From Alphaproteobacteria bacterium (lineage in GTDB: Bacteria; Pseudomonadota; Alphaproteobacteria; Bin95): DNA of 64,000 nt. This document shows positions 51,889 to 61,278 of this stretch, one piece after another. The translations under genes were made by a program, and so were the position numbers. Every line of letters starts with the position of its first letter. Positions within the stretch are counted from its first letter, which is position 1. The notes beneath the pieces are model-generated. The model was not told the origin of the DNA, ran no database searches, and saw only the letters and a list, made by a program, of their open reading frames with translations. The stretch lies in the NCBI GenBank assembly GCA_965220855.1, contig CBDCQY010000002.1, forward strand, positions 359,542 through 423,541, in the 5' to 3' direction.

Positions 51889-53256
51889 TCAGCCCTCCGC
51901 TCGCGCGCGCCGCTCCAGCGCCTCGATCACGACCCGCATCCCCATGCCGAGCGAGCCCTTGACCAGCACCACGTCGCCCGGATGGATCGCCTCGGCGACC
52001 AGCGGGGCCAGCGTCGCCGTATCGCAGAGATGCGCGCCCCGCCGGCAGCGCGGCAGGCGGTCGAACAGGCGGCGCATCTCCGGGCCGGCGGCGAACACCA
52101 GATCGACGCCGGCGGCCTCGAGCGGCTCCGCCAGTCCGGCATGGGCGGCGTCGGCGTCCGCGCCCAGCTCCAGCATGTCGCCCAGCACGGCGATGCGCCG
52201 GCCCCGGCCGGCGGGCGCGGCGAGGCCGAGCACCTCGAAGGCCGCCTCCATGGCGGCGGGGCTGGCGTTGTAGCTCTCGTCGATCAGGGTGAAATTGCCG
52301 AGCTCGCGCCGGACGCCCCGCCCGGCGGGCGCGCGGAAGGCGGCCAGCACCTCGAGGTCCGGCTCGACGCCGAGCGCATCCAGGGTCAGCAGCACGCCGA
52401 GCGCGTTCGACACCCAGTGCGCGCCGGGCGCGCCCAGGCGGAAGTCCAGCCGCCGGCCGCGCAGCTCGACCGCGACGTGGCTGCCTTCGGCGTCGAGCGC
52501 GGCGTCCAGCAGCACGGCGTCCCCGGCCCGGCGCGAGAAGCGCAGCACCTCCGCGCCCGCCGCCCGCGCCGCGGCCTCCAGGCGGTCGGCATGGGGGCTG
52601 TCGGCGTTGAGGATCGCCCCGCCACCCGGCTCCAGGCCGGCGAACACCTCCGCCTTGGCGTCCGCCACGCCGGCGAGGTCGGGGAAGAAGGCGGTGTGCG
52701 CGGGCGCGATCGCCGTCACCAGCGCCACATGCGGGCGGACCAGACGCGAGAGCGGCGCGATCTCGCCGGCATGGTTCATGCCGAGCTCGAACACCGCGAA
52801 ACGGGCCTCCGGCGGCAGCCGGGCGAGCGAGAGCGGAGCGCCCCACTCATTGTTGAGATTGCCCCGGCTGGCCTCGGTCGGGCCGGCGCGGGCCAGCAGG
52901 CGGGCGAGCAGCTCCTTGCTTCCGGTCTTGCCGACGCTGCCGGTGACGGCGGCGATGCGCGCCCCGGAGCGCCGCCGCGCCGCCTCGGCGAGCGCATAGA
53001 GGCCCCGGCGGGTGTCGGCGACGCGGAGTTGCGGCAGGGCGGGGTCGGTCTCGCGGCTCACCATGGCGGCGGCCGCGCCGTGGGCCAGCGCGTCGGCTAC
53101 GAAGTCGTGGCCGTCCCGCTTCTCGCCGGCGACGGCCACGAACAGGTCGCCCGGCCGCGCCGCGCGGCTGTCGAGCGCGACGCCGGTGGCCCGCCAGTCG
53201 CCGCTGGCGCGGCCGCCGGTGGCGGCGGCGGCTTCCGCTGCGGTCCACAGCGTCAC
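51889..53256 (-). CDS. murF: UDP-MurNAc-tripeptide--D-Ala-D-Ala ligase
   Basis: DSR, TGSVGKT, ELGMNHAGE, DESYNA, GDMLELG, VKGS. Confidence 0.95.
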   Translation of the reverse strand: MTLWTAAEAAAATGGRASGDWRATGVALDSRAARPGDLFVAVAGEKRDGHDFVADALAHGAAAAMVSRETDPALPQLRVADTRRGLYALAEAARRRSGARIAAVTGSVGKTGSKELLARLLARAGPTEASRGNLNNEWGAPLSLARLPPEARFAVFELGMNHAGEIAPLSRLVRPHVALVTAIAPAHTAFFPDLAGVADAKAEVFAGLEPGGGAILNADSPHADRLEAAARAAGAEVLRFSRRAGDAVLLDAALDAEGSHVAVELRGRRLDFRLGAPGAHWVSNALGVLLTLDALGVEPDLEVLAAFRAPAGRGVRRELGNFTLIDESYNASPAAMEAAFEVLGLAAPAGRGRRIAVLGDMLELGADADAAHAGLAEPLEAAGVDLVFAAGPEMRRLFDRLPRCRRGAHLCDTATLAPLVAEAIHPGDVVLVKGSLGMGMRVVIEALERRARAEG

Positions 53257-54695
53257 GCCCGCCACCCCGCCGCCTCGCGCGCCACGGCGCGGTCGTCGAA
53301 GGGCTGCACGCGCTCGCCGACGATCTGGCCGGTCTCATGGCCCTTGCCGGCGATCAGCAGCGCGTCTCCGGCGCCGAGTCCCTCGACTCCGGCCGCGATG
53401 GCGTCCGCCCGGTCGGCGATCTCGACCGCGCCCGGACAGCCGGCCAGAATCGCGGCGCGGATGCGCGCCGGGTCCTCGCTGCGCGGATTGTCGTCGGTCA
53501 CGATGACGCGATCCGCGAGGCGCGCGGCCACCCGGCCCATCTCGGCGCGCTTGCCGGGATCGCGGTCTCCGCCCGCGCCGAACACGACCGCGAGGCGACC
53601 GCGAAGCGCAGGCCGGAGCGCCTCCAGCGCCGCCGCCAGCGCCCCCGGCTTGTGGGCGTAATCGACATAGACCGGCGCGCCGGAGGGCGCGCGCGCGGCG
53701 AATTCGAGGCGTCCGCGCACGCCCTTGAGCGCCTCCAGACGGTCCATGGCGGGGCCGGCGTCGGCGCATCGCCCGGCCACGGCGCCGAGCGCCGCCAGCG
53801 CGTTCCGGGCCTGGAAAGCGCCGATCAGCGCCAGCCGCACCCGGCGGCGCGCGCCGCGAAAGCGAAAGCGCAGCAGCTGCCCGCCCTCGCCGGGGGCCGC
53901 CTCCTCGATTTCGATGGCGTTGCCGGCGCCGGGCCGCCCGAAGCGCAGCACGTCGTGGCCGGCGGCGCGGGCGGCGTCGGCGGCGGCCTCTCCGGCGGGG
54001 TCGTCGCCATTCGCCACCGCCAGCCCGCCCGGCGTCATGACGCGGCGAAACAGGCCGAGCTTCGCCTCCAGATAGCTCTCCAGGTCGGGATGGTAGTCGA
54101 GATGGTCGCGGGAGAGGTTGGTGAACACGCCGGTCGAGACCCGCACGCCGTCGAGGCGATACTGGTCCAGCCCGTGGCTGGAGGCTTCGAGCGCCAGACG
54201 GTCGATGCCCTCGCCGGCCAGCCGGGCCAGCTCCCGGTGCAGGCGCACCGGATCGGGCGTGGTCAGGCTGCCGGCGCGGCAGGCGCCGGGGGCGCGGAGG
54301 CCGAGCGTGCCGAGGCTCGCGGCCGGCGCGCCCAGCAGGCCCCAGAGCTGGCGGATGAACTCCACCACCGAGGTCTTGCCGCTGGTGCCGGTGACGGCGG
54401 CGATCACCGCCGGCTGCGCGCCCGAGAGCCGGGCCGCGAGCCGCGCGAACAGCCGGCGCGGCGTCTCATGGCGGAGGAGGGCGACGCCCTCCGGCAGGGC
54501 CATGGCCGGCGTGTCCTCGGGCGCGAGCACCGCCCGCGCGCCCCGGGCGAGCGCCTCGGCGATGAAGGCCCGCCCGTCGGCGCGCGCGCCCGGCACCGCC
54601 AGGAAGAGATCGCCCGGCCGAACCTCGCGCGAGTCGGCCGCAAGCCCGGTGACGCCGAGCGCGGCCAGGTCGAGCGGGCATTCGGCGGCGGGCAT
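53253..54695 (-). CDS. murE: UDP-MurNAc-dipeptide--diaminopimelate ligase
   Basis: TGTSGKTS, TTPDP, EASSHGL, NLSRDHLDYH, DYAH, DNPR (meso-DAP specificity), GKGHE. Confidence 0.96.
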   Translation of the reverse strand: MPAAECPLDLAALGVTGLAADSREVRPGDLFLAVPGARADGRAFIAEALARGARAVLAPEDTPAMALPEGVALLRHETPRRLFARLAARLSGAQPAVIAAVTGTSGKTSVVEFIRQLWGLLGAPAASLGTLGLRAPGACRAGSLTTPDPVRLHRELARLAGEGIDRLALEASSHGLDQYRLDGVRVSTGVFTNLSRDHLDYHPDLESYLEAKLGLFRRVMTPGGLAVANGDDPAGEAAADAARAAGHDVLRFGRPGAGNAIEIEEAAPGEGGQLLRFRFRGARRRVRLALIGAFQARNALAALGAVAGRCADAGPAMDRLEALKGVRGRLEFAARAPSGAPVYVDYAHKPGALAAALEALRPALRGRLAVVFGAGGDRDPGKRAEMGRVAARLADRVIVTDDNPRSEDPARIRAAILAGCPGAVEIADRADAIAAGVEGLGAGDALLIAGKGHETGQIVGERVQPFDDRAVAREAAGWRA

Positions 54696-56371
54696 CAGGT
54701 GTTCCGGTCCTTCTTGAACAGCCGGTCCAGCATCCGGTCCGGCACGATCTGGCGCATCCATGTGTCGGAATCGGGGCCGGCCGCCGGCACGCCCAGGATC
54801 GGGCCGATGCGGCGAATGACCGCACCCGCGGTCGGCGCGGCGTTCCAGCCGGCGGTGGTGAAGTCGAAGGTGTCCTTGCGGCCCTGGGGTTCGTCCAGCA
54901 TCACGAACACGGCGTAGCGCGGCGCCGACATCGGGAAGACGCCGACGAAGGAGGCCCGGCGCTTGTCGCGGGCGTAGCGCCCGTCCACCACCTTCTCGGC
55001 GGTGCCGGTCTTGCCGCCGACCGGATAGGCGGCGCTGTCGGCCTTCGCGCCGCTGCCGCGCAGCACCGTCTGGCGCATCGTCCAGCGCAGCTGCCGCGAG
55101 GTCTCCGAGGACACCACCCGGCGGGGCGTGGCGGGGGCGGAGCGCTTCAGCAGGGTGAGCGGAGCCTGCAATCCGTCATTGGCGAGCGCGGCGATGGCCG
55201 AGGTCATCTGCACCGGGCTCACCGAAATGCCGTGCCCGTAGCCGACGGTCATCTTGGTGAGCGGATGCCAGCGCGCCGGCAGGATCGGATGGCCGACCTC
55301 CGGCAGTTCCAGCGCCGCGCGGCTGAGCAGGCCGAAGCGGTCGAGATAGTCCCGGAAGGTCTCCGCGCCGATGCTGTCGGCCATCTGCGCGGCGCCGATA
55401 TTGGAGGAATGGACGATGACCTCCGCCGCCGAGAGCACGCGGTTCTGCCCCCGATAGTCGCGGATGCGCCGGCCATAGACGCGGAGCGGCTTCGTCGCGT
55501 CGAAGCGCGTGCCGAGCCGCGCCGCGCCCCGGTCGAGGGCGATGGCGAGCGTCAGCAGCTTGAAGGTCGAGCCCATCTCCGCGACCAGCAGCGTGGCGCG
55601 GTTGGCTTCCGTCTCGCGGACCCCTTCGCGGAGATTGGGGTCGAAGTCCGGCAGCGAGACCATGGCCAGCACCTCGCCGCTGGCCGCGTCCAGCACCATG
55701 CCGGCGGCGCCGATGGCGCTGAAATGCTCCACCGCGCGCGCCAGCTCGTCGCGCAGCACATGCTGCACCCGGATGTCGAGCGAGAGCCGCACGCGCTGCG
55801 AGGGATCGGCGAGAATGGCGTCGAAGCGCTTCTCCGCCCCGGCATTGCCGACCGGCGCGCTCTCGCCGGGCTGGGTCCCGCCGACGACATGCGCCGCGAG
55901 CCGGCCATAGGGATAGATGCGCAGATCCTCCCGCTCCAGGCCGATGCCGGGCAGGCCGAGCGCCAGCACCGCCTTCTGGTCCTCGGGCGTGAGGCGCCGG
56001 GCCACGAACACGAAGCGCTTGTCGAGCGAGAGGCGCTGGCGCGCCTCCTCGAAACTCAGCCAGGGCAGCGCCCCGGAGAGCGCGGCGGCGGTCTCTTCGA
56101 CCCGCTCGATGTCCGGCGGCCAGGCGACCAGCGCCCGCGAGACCAGGCTGCCGGCCAGCAGCCGGCCGTGGCGGTCCACGATGTCGCCGCGCGCCACGGG
56201 ATAGGCGCTCGGCTGGGCGCGGACCGAGGCCCTCGCCTCCACCGGGGCGGTGCCGAGATCGACGATCTTCACCGCCAGCACGGACAGGCTGACGACGAAG
56301 GCCAGCGCGCCGGCCGCGACCCGGATGCGGGCCAGCCGGAGCGCCGGCGCAACGGGGCGCAGCCGGGTCAT
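54695..56371 (-). CDS. ftsI: Penicillin-binding protein 3 (FtsI)
   Basis: RG.I.DR.G, S-x-x-K (STFK), SSN, KTGT. Confidence 0.95.
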   Translation of the reverse strand: MTRLRPVAPALRLARIRVAAGALAFVVSLSVLAVKIVDLGTAPVEARASVRAQPSAYPVARGDIVDRHGRLLAGSLVSRALVAWPPDIERVEETAAALSGALPWLSFEEARQRLSLDKRFVFVARRLTPEDQKAVLALGLPGIGLEREDLRIYPYGRLAAHVVGGTQPGESAPVGNAGAEKRFDAILADPSQRVRLSLDIRVQHVLRDELARAVEHFSAIGAAGMVLDAASGEVLAMVSLPDFDPNLREGVRETEANRATLLVAEMGSTFKLLTLAIALDRGAARLGTRFDATKPLRVYGRRIRDYRGQNRVLSAAEVIVHSSNIGAAQMADSIGAETFRDYLDRFGLLSRAALELPEVGHPILPARWHPLTKMTVGYGHGISVSPVQMTSAIAALANDGLQAPLTLLKRSAPATPRRVVSSETSRQLRWTMRQTVLRGSGAKADSAAYPVGGKTGTAEKVVDGRYARDKRRASFVGVFPMSAPRYAVFVMLDEPQGRKDTFDFTTAGWNAAPTAGAVIRRIGPILGVPAAGPDSDTWMRQIVPDRMLDRLFKKDRNT

Positions 56372-56769
56372 CGCCGGTCTCCTTGCGCTGTGGCGACCGA
56401 GAGGCGGGACGGCGGCTCCGTCGGGAGGCCGGAGGTCTTGCCGCCGCCCCGCCCCGCGCGCGCCCGGGCCTGAAGAGGGCTCGGGACCGCGGCCGATCGA
56501 GCCGGGAGGAAACTCAATCGGTACAGCTGGTCCGCCTCTATCGGGACGAGGCCCAGGGTGCGCGCGTTCTGTCGTTCGAGGGTTTCCGGCCGGGTGAGAA
56601 AGGCGAGTTCGCCCTGCAGCACCTGGATGCGTTCGCGCTCGACGAGCGTCTGGCGGGCGATCTCGGCCAGCTGCTCCTTGCCGTCGTTGACATGATCGTC
56701 GACAACGAACAGCCCGGCCGCCATGAGGGCGGCGCCGGCGCACCAGAAGATCGTGGCCCGGGCGCTCAT
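56368..56769 (-). CDS. ftsL: FtsL-like cell division protein
   Basis: Lies between rsmH and ftsI; N-terminal TM, coiled coil, EL.FL.RP..L, LGL.P. Confidence 0.8.
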   Translation of the reverse strand: MSARATIFWCAGAALMAAGLFVVDDHVNDGKEQLAEIARQTLVERERIQVLQGELAFLTRPETLERQNARTLGLVPIEADQLYRLSFLPARSAAVPSPLQARARAGRGGGKTSGLPTEPPSRLSVATAQGDRR

Positions 56770-57692
56770 GCCGCCAGCCTCTCGGCGGCGCGCAGCCGCG
56801 CGGAGCGTGCGCGGGGGTTGGCTTCCGTCTCGGCCGCGCCCGGACGCTGCGCCCGGCGGCCGAGCAGGCGGAAGGAGGGCGTCCGCCCCTCCCGGCCGGG
56901 GGGCCGGTGGCGCGAGCCCGCCGACGGCGCGGCGCTGCGTTCGCGCAGGAAGCGCTTGACCGCGCGGTCCTCCAGCGAATGGAACGACACCACCGCCAGC
57001 CGCCCGCCCGGCGCCAGCAGGCGCTCCGCCGCCGAGAGGCCCAGCTCCAGCTCGTCCAGCTCGTCGTTCACGGCGATGCGCAGCGCCTGGAAGCTGCGCG
57101 TCGCCGGGTGGATGCGCCCGGCCGACGGCGCGGCGCGGGCGACGATGCCGGCGAGCCGGTCGGTGGTGCGGATCGGCTCGGCGGCGCGCTCGGCGACGAT
57201 GGCCCGCGCGATGCGTCGCGCGCGCGGCTCCTCGCCGAAGCGGCGCAGCAGCCCGGCCAGCCGGTCCTCGTCGAGGTCGGCGACCAGATCGGCCGCGCTC
57301 GGCCCCTCGCCGCTCATGCGCATGTCCAGCGGGCCGGGCGCGAAGGAGAAGCCGCGCGCCGGGTCGTCCAGCTGGGGCGAGGAGAGGCCGAGATCGAAGG
57401 CCACGCCGTCGGCCGGCGCGAAGGCCTCGTCGGCCGCGACCTGCGCCAGTTCGGAGAAGCGCGCGCGGCGAAAGCGGAAGCGCCCGCCGCAGTCGCGCCC
57501 GAACGCCGCCGCGGCGGCTTCCGCCTCCGGGTCGCGGTCGAGCGCCAGCACCCGGCAGGGCGCGGCCGCCAGGAGAGCGCGCGAATAGCCGCCGCGCCCG
57601 AAGGTGGCGTCCACATAGCGCCCGCCGGCGCGGGGCGCGATGGCGGCCACCACCTCCGCCTGCATGACGGGCGCATGTCCGCCGGCGCTCAC
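56766..57692 (-). CDS. rsmH: 16S rRNA m4C1402 methyltransferase
   Basis: H.PVM..EV, DATFGRGG, DLGLSSPQLD, HPATRSFQALRIAVN, SFHSLEDR, NPRARSA.LR. Confidence 0.96.
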   Translation of the reverse strand: MSAGGHAPVMQAEVVAAIAPRAGGRYVDATFGRGGYSRALLAAAPCRVLALDRDPEAEAAAAAFGRDCGGRFRFRRARFSELAQVAADEAFAPADGVAFDLGLSSPQLDDPARGFSFAPGPLDMRMSGEGPSAADLVADLDEDRLAGLLRRFGEEPRARRIARAIVAERAAEPIRTTDRLAGIVARAAPSAGRIHPATRSFQALRIAVNDELDELELGLSAAERLLAPGGRLAVVSFHSLEDRAVKRFLRERSAAPSAGSRHRPPGREGRTPSFRLLGRRAQRPGAAETEANPRARSARLRAAERLAA

Positions 57693-58162
57693 GGCTGAAG
57701 CTCCGAGAGCGGCGGCGCGCCGAGATAGACCTTGGCGGCCGTCTCGTCGTCGAGGCTCGCCAGCAGCCTGTCCGCCCAGCGGTCATGGTCGGCGGGGTTC
57801 CAGATCTCGATCACATAGGTGTTGCCGACGAAGCGCACATCCGTCCCGAGGCCATGCCGGGTGCGCAGCGCGGCCGGCAGCAGCAGGCGACCCTGATTGT
57901 CGATCTGGGTTTCCGTGGCGCGCCCGACGACCAGGCTGGAGAGTTGCAGCGCGCGCACAGGGTCGTCCTGCATCGAGCGGCGCAAATCGCGCGCGAAATT
58001 GTGCAGATAGTCTTCCTCGCAGAGGATGATCGCGGCGCGTTGGTCGATGGCCGGGGCCAGGCGCAACTCGGCGTCGGGCGCGATGCGCCGGCGCAGCGCC
58101 GCCGGCACGATCACCCGACCCTTGCCGTCCAGCCTGGCGTCATATTGCCCCGAGACCTGCAT
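57689..58162 (-). CDS. mraZ: Transcriptional regulator MraZ
   Basis: Duplicated SpoVT/AbrB motifs LDGKGRV and IDNQGRL; first gene of the dcw cluster. Confidence 0.9.
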   Translation of the reverse strand: MQVSGQYDARLDGKGRVIVPAALRRRIAPDAELRLAPAIDQRAAIILCEEDYLHNFARDLRRSMQDDPVRALQLSSLVVGRATETQIDNQGRLLLPAALRTRHGLGTDVRFVGNTYVIEIWNPADHDRWADRLLASLDDETAAKVYLGAPPLSELQP

Positions 58163-58214
58163 CCGAGACCTCGCTCCCGCCCTGTGCGCGGCCGACAGTG
58201 ATATGCCCTATCGA

Positions 58215-58250
58215 GCCACATCGCTACTACTTCAAGCCACTTTACTCCAC
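58215..58250 (-). promoter_or_regulatory. MraZ-binding direct repeats
   Basis: Minus strand GTGGA (58250-46), GTGGC (58240-36), GTAGT (58230-26), GTGGC (58219-15) at about 10-bp period, upstream of mraZ. Confidence 0.6.
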
Positions 58251-58280
58251 CACAGGACCAGGTTTGCAACGCCGAAACAT

Positions 58281-58299
58281 CATAAAATCCGATTTTATG
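58281..58299. promoter_or_regulatory. Perfect 9-1-9 palindrome, unassigned operator
   Basis: cataaaatc-c-gattttatg. Confidence 0.5.
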
Positions 58300-58312
58300 G
58301 ATCGAATGACAG

Positions 58313-58327
58313 GAACGTTATTAGAAC
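58313..58327. promoter_or_regulatory. LexA (SOS) box upstream of the dcw operon
   Basis: GAAC-gttatta-GAAC, the same architecture as the box in front of lexA. Confidence 0.6.
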
Positions 58328-58351
58328 ATAAACAAGATATTCACACGTGCC

Positions 58352-58360
58352 TGTGGATAA
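58352..58360. promoter_or_regulatory. DnaA box (perfect), with an oppositely oriented weaker box at 58337-58345
   Basis: TGTGGATAA equals the reverse complement of TTATCCACA; ATATTCACA nearby. Confidence 0.65.
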
Positions 58361-58493
58361 CTTTATGGGGAGGCGATTTTGTTCGCGTTATGAGCCGATT
58401 CGCCACGCTTTTCTGCGGAAAAACCTCCATTCCCGCCCGTCCGACGGGGGAGCGGAGTGGAGGGCCGGGGAGGCGGGGAGTGGAGAAACGGTC

Positions 58494-58878
58494 CAGAAGG
58501 CCTGTAGGCCGGGTTCTGTAGCCGCCCGTCGCCGGGCGGTGACGGCCATTCGTCTGGGACGCCCGTCGCCGGACGCCTCGCGCGACCAACCCGAGCGGCG
58601 GCGCGGAGGACGCCCGCCGGGGCGAACCCCGGCCTGCCGCTCCTATTCGGTCTTGCTCCCGGCGGGGTTTGCCCTGCCGGCGCCGTTGCCGGAGCCGCGG
58701 GGCGCTCTTACCGCCCCGTTTCATCCTTGCCGACCGGCCTTGCGGCGGATCGGCGGTTTGTTTTCTGTGGCACTTTCCCTGGGGTCGCCCCCGCCGGGCG
58801 TTACCCGGCGCCGTTCCTCCGTGGAGCCCGGACCTTCCTCACCGGGCGGAGCGCCCGGCGCGGCCGTCCGGCCTTCTG
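58494..58878 (-). ncRNA. rnpB: RNase P RNA, bacterial class A
   Basis: Minus strand GAGGAAGGUCCGGGC, AGUGCCACAGAAA, ACAGAACCCGGCCUA; P1 helix CAGAAGGCC/GGCCUUCUG closes the ends. Confidence 0.95.
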
Positions 58879-58890
58879 AACCGGCGCCAT

Positions 58891-60693
58891 TCAGGCGCTT
58901 TCCAGCCGCTCGCGCAAGAGGGCGAGTTCCAGCCACTCCTCGTCGAGCCGGGCGGCCTCGGCGCGCGCCTCTTCCAGCGCGGCTGCAGCGCGGGCGAAGC
59001 GCTCCGGATCGCGGGCGTAGAGGCTCGAATCGCCGAGCACGCGCTCCAGATCGCGCACTCGCGCCTCGGCCGCCGCCATGGCGTCCGGCAGTTCGGCCCA
59101 GCGCCGCTGCTGGCGAAAGCCGAGCTTCGTCGCCGGCTGGCGGGGGCGCGGCGCGGCCGTTCGGGCCGGGGCGGGCGCGGCGGCCGGACGCGCCGGCGCC
59201 TTTCGATTGCGGCGATAGTCGCTGTAGCCGCCGGCGAACTCGCGCGCCGCGCCGTCGCCTTCGAGCGCGATCACGCTCGCGACCGTCCGGTCGAGAAAGT
59301 CGCGGTCGTGGCTCACCAGGATGAGCGTGCCCTCGAAATCGCCCAAGAGGTCGGCCAGGAGGTCGAGCGTGTCCATGTCGAGATCGTTGGTCGGCTCGTC
59401 CAGCACCAGCAGGTCGCAAGGCTGCGCGAGCGTGCGCGCCAGCAAGAGGCGGTTGCGCTCGCCGCCGGAGAGCGAGGCGACCGGGCTTTCCACCCGGTCG
59501 ATGTCGAACAGGAAGTCCTTGAGATAGCCGACGACATGGCGGGGGCGCCCGCGCACGAACACCGTGTCGCCGCCCTCCGGGCAGAGCGTCCGGCGCAGCG
59601 TGCCGGCGGGGTCGAGCGCGGCGCGGCGCTGGTCGAAATAGGCGGTTTGCATGGCCCGCGAGCGCCGCACCTTGCCCGTGTCGGGGGCCAGATCGCCGAT
59701 CAGCATGCGCAGCAGCGTCGTCTTGCCGGCCCCGTTCGGCCCCAGAATGCCGATGCGCTCGCCGCGCAATATGCGGGTGCTGAAGCCCTCCACCAGCTTG
59801 CGCCCGCCATAGCTCTTGGAGATGGCGTCGGCCTCGATCGCCATGCGGCTGCGCACATCGCTCTCGTCGAGCTGGATGCGGGCGCGGCGCGGCCCGCCGA
59901 TCAGCGCCGCGCGGCGTTCGCGCATCTCGGCGAGCGCCGCGAGCCGGCCCTGATTGCGCTTGCGCCTGGCCGTGATGCCGCGATGCAGCCAGCGGGTCTC
60001 GTCCGCGATGCGCCGGTCGAGCTTCTCCTGCTGGCGGAGCTCCTCGGCCAGCACCGCCTCGGACCATTCTTCGAACCGGTCGAAGCCCCTGGCCGTCTGG
60101 CGCAGCCGCCCGCGCTCCAGCCAGAGGATGCGGTCGGTGACATTGGCGAGGAAGCGGCGGTCGTGGCTGACGACCAGAACCGCGCCCTCATAGCCGCGGA
60201 TCAGCCGTTCGAGCCATTCGATCGCCGGCAGGTCGAGATGGTTGGTCGGCTCGTCCAGCAGCAGCAGGTCCGGGGCCACGGCCAGCACGCGGGCGAGCTC
60301 CGCCCGCCGGCTCTCGCCGCCGGAAAGCGCGCCCATGCGCCGTTCGGGGTCGAGCTCCAGGCGGTCCAGCATGGCCGCGACCGCATGGTCGGGCGCGGGC
60401 GGTCCGTCGTCCGGCGGGCGGCGCGCATAGTCGCCGACCCTGGCCTCGGCGTCGCCCGGCGGGTCCTGGCGCAGGCGGGCGATGCGCAGGCCCGGCCGGG
60501 CGTAGCGCTCGCCCAGGTCCAGCTCCAGCTCGCCGGCGATGACCTTCATCAGGGTGGACTTGCCGCAACCGTTGCGCCCGATCAGGCAGATGCGGTCGCC
60601 GCGCGCGATCGAGAAGCCGACCTCGGAAAACAGGCTCGCGCCGCCGAAGCCGAGTTCGGCGTCGCCGAGCGTGAAGATCGGCGGGCCGGCCAC
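58891..60693 (-). CDS. ABC-F family ATPase (Uup-like)
   Basis: Two ABC domains (GRNGCGKST, GPNGAGKTT; LSGGE twice; LDEPTN twice), no TM helices, C-terminal coiled coil ending EEWLEL. Confidence 0.93.
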   Translation of the reverse strand: MAGPPIFTLGDAELGFGGASLFSEVGFSIARGDRICLIGRNGCGKSTLMKVIAGELELDLGERYARPGLRIARLRQDPPGDAEARVGDYARRPPDDGPPAPDHAVAAMLDRLELDPERRMGALSGGESRRAELARVLAVAPDLLLLDEPTNHLDLPAIEWLERLIRGYEGAVLVVSHDRRFLANVTDRILWLERGRLRQTARGFDRFEEWSEAVLAEELRQQEKLDRRIADETRWLHRGITARRKRNQGRLAALAEMRERRAALIGGPRRARIQLDESDVRSRMAIEADAISKSYGGRKLVEGFSTRILRGERIGILGPNGAGKTTLLRMLIGDLAPDTGKVRRSRAMQTAYFDQRRAALDPAGTLRRTLCPEGGDTVFVRGRPRHVVGYLKDFLFDIDRVESPVASLSGGERNRLLLARTLAQPCDLLVLDEPTNDLDMDTLDLLADLLGDFEGTLILVSHDRDFLDRTVASVIALEGDGAAREFAGGYSDYRRNRKAPARPAAAPAPARTAAPRPRQPATKLGFRQQRRWAELPDAMAAAEARVRDLERVLGDSSLYARDPERFARAAAALEEARAEAARLDEEWLELALLRERLESA

Positions 60694-60702
60694 CGGCAGG
60701 CT

Positions 60703-61278
60703 TCAGTCGCCGAGCCTTGCGGCGAGGCGGACGGTCTCGCGCACCACGCGCCGGACCGCCGCCCCGTGCGGCTCCTCGGCGAGCCCGCCATCCGCGTCGA
60801 AGGCCTCGCCCGCGCGCGCCACGGCATGTTGGGCCGGCACCGCCAGCACGCCGATATTGGAGAGGATCTGGCGCAGATGGACGAGGCCGCGCAGGCCGCC
60901 GAGCGGTCCCGGCGAGGCCGCCATCAGCCCGGCCGCCTTGCCCGAGAACCAGACCAGCGGCGGCTGGCCGGCGACGGGGCGCGAGACCCAGTCGATGGCG
61001 TTCTTCAGCAGCGGCGAGATCGAGCCGTTATATTCGGGCGAGGCGATCAGGAAGCCGTCATGCTCGAGGAAGAGCGCCTTCAGCGCTTCCGCCGCCGGCG
61101 GCAGGCCGGCCTCGGCTTCCAGGTCTCCATTGTAGAGCGGCAGTTCGTAGCGGGCGAGGTCCAGGAGGACGGCGCGCGCCCCGGCCGCCTCCGCCTCGCG
61201 GGCCGCGAAGCGGGCGAGCCGGGCGTTGAAGGAATCGCGCCGCACCGAGCCGGCGAAGGCGAGCAGGGTCGGGCTCAC
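60703..61278 (-). CDS. NADPH-dependent FMN reductase family protein
   Basis: FAGSVRRDSFN, SPEYNGS, LKNAIDWVSR, SPGPLGG; GTG start coupled to the upstream stop. Confidence 0.92.
   Translation of the reverse strand: MSPTLLAFAGSVRRDSFNARLARFAAREAEAAGARAVLLDLARYELPLYNGDLEAEAGLPPAAEALKALFLEHDGFLIASPEYNGSISPLLKNAIDWVSRPVAGQPPLVWFSGKAAGLMAASPGPLGGLRGLVHLRQILSNIGVLAVPAQHAVARAGEAFDADGGLAEEPHGAAVRRVVRETVRLAARLGD

Noticed and set aside
58318-58332. CtrA box
   Set aside because: ttattagaacataaa deviates from TTAA-N7-TTAA in both half-sites.
58270-58360. Chromosomal replication origin
   Set aside because: Only one perfect and one weak DnaA box, and none of the usual origin neighbours (hemE, parAB, gidA, dnaA); a promoter role is more economical.
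58390-58521. Small SOS-induced division inhibitor ORF downstream of the LexA box
   Set aside because: The 43-aa product is not hydrophobic, the SD spacing is poor, and it runs antisense into the rnpB 3' end.
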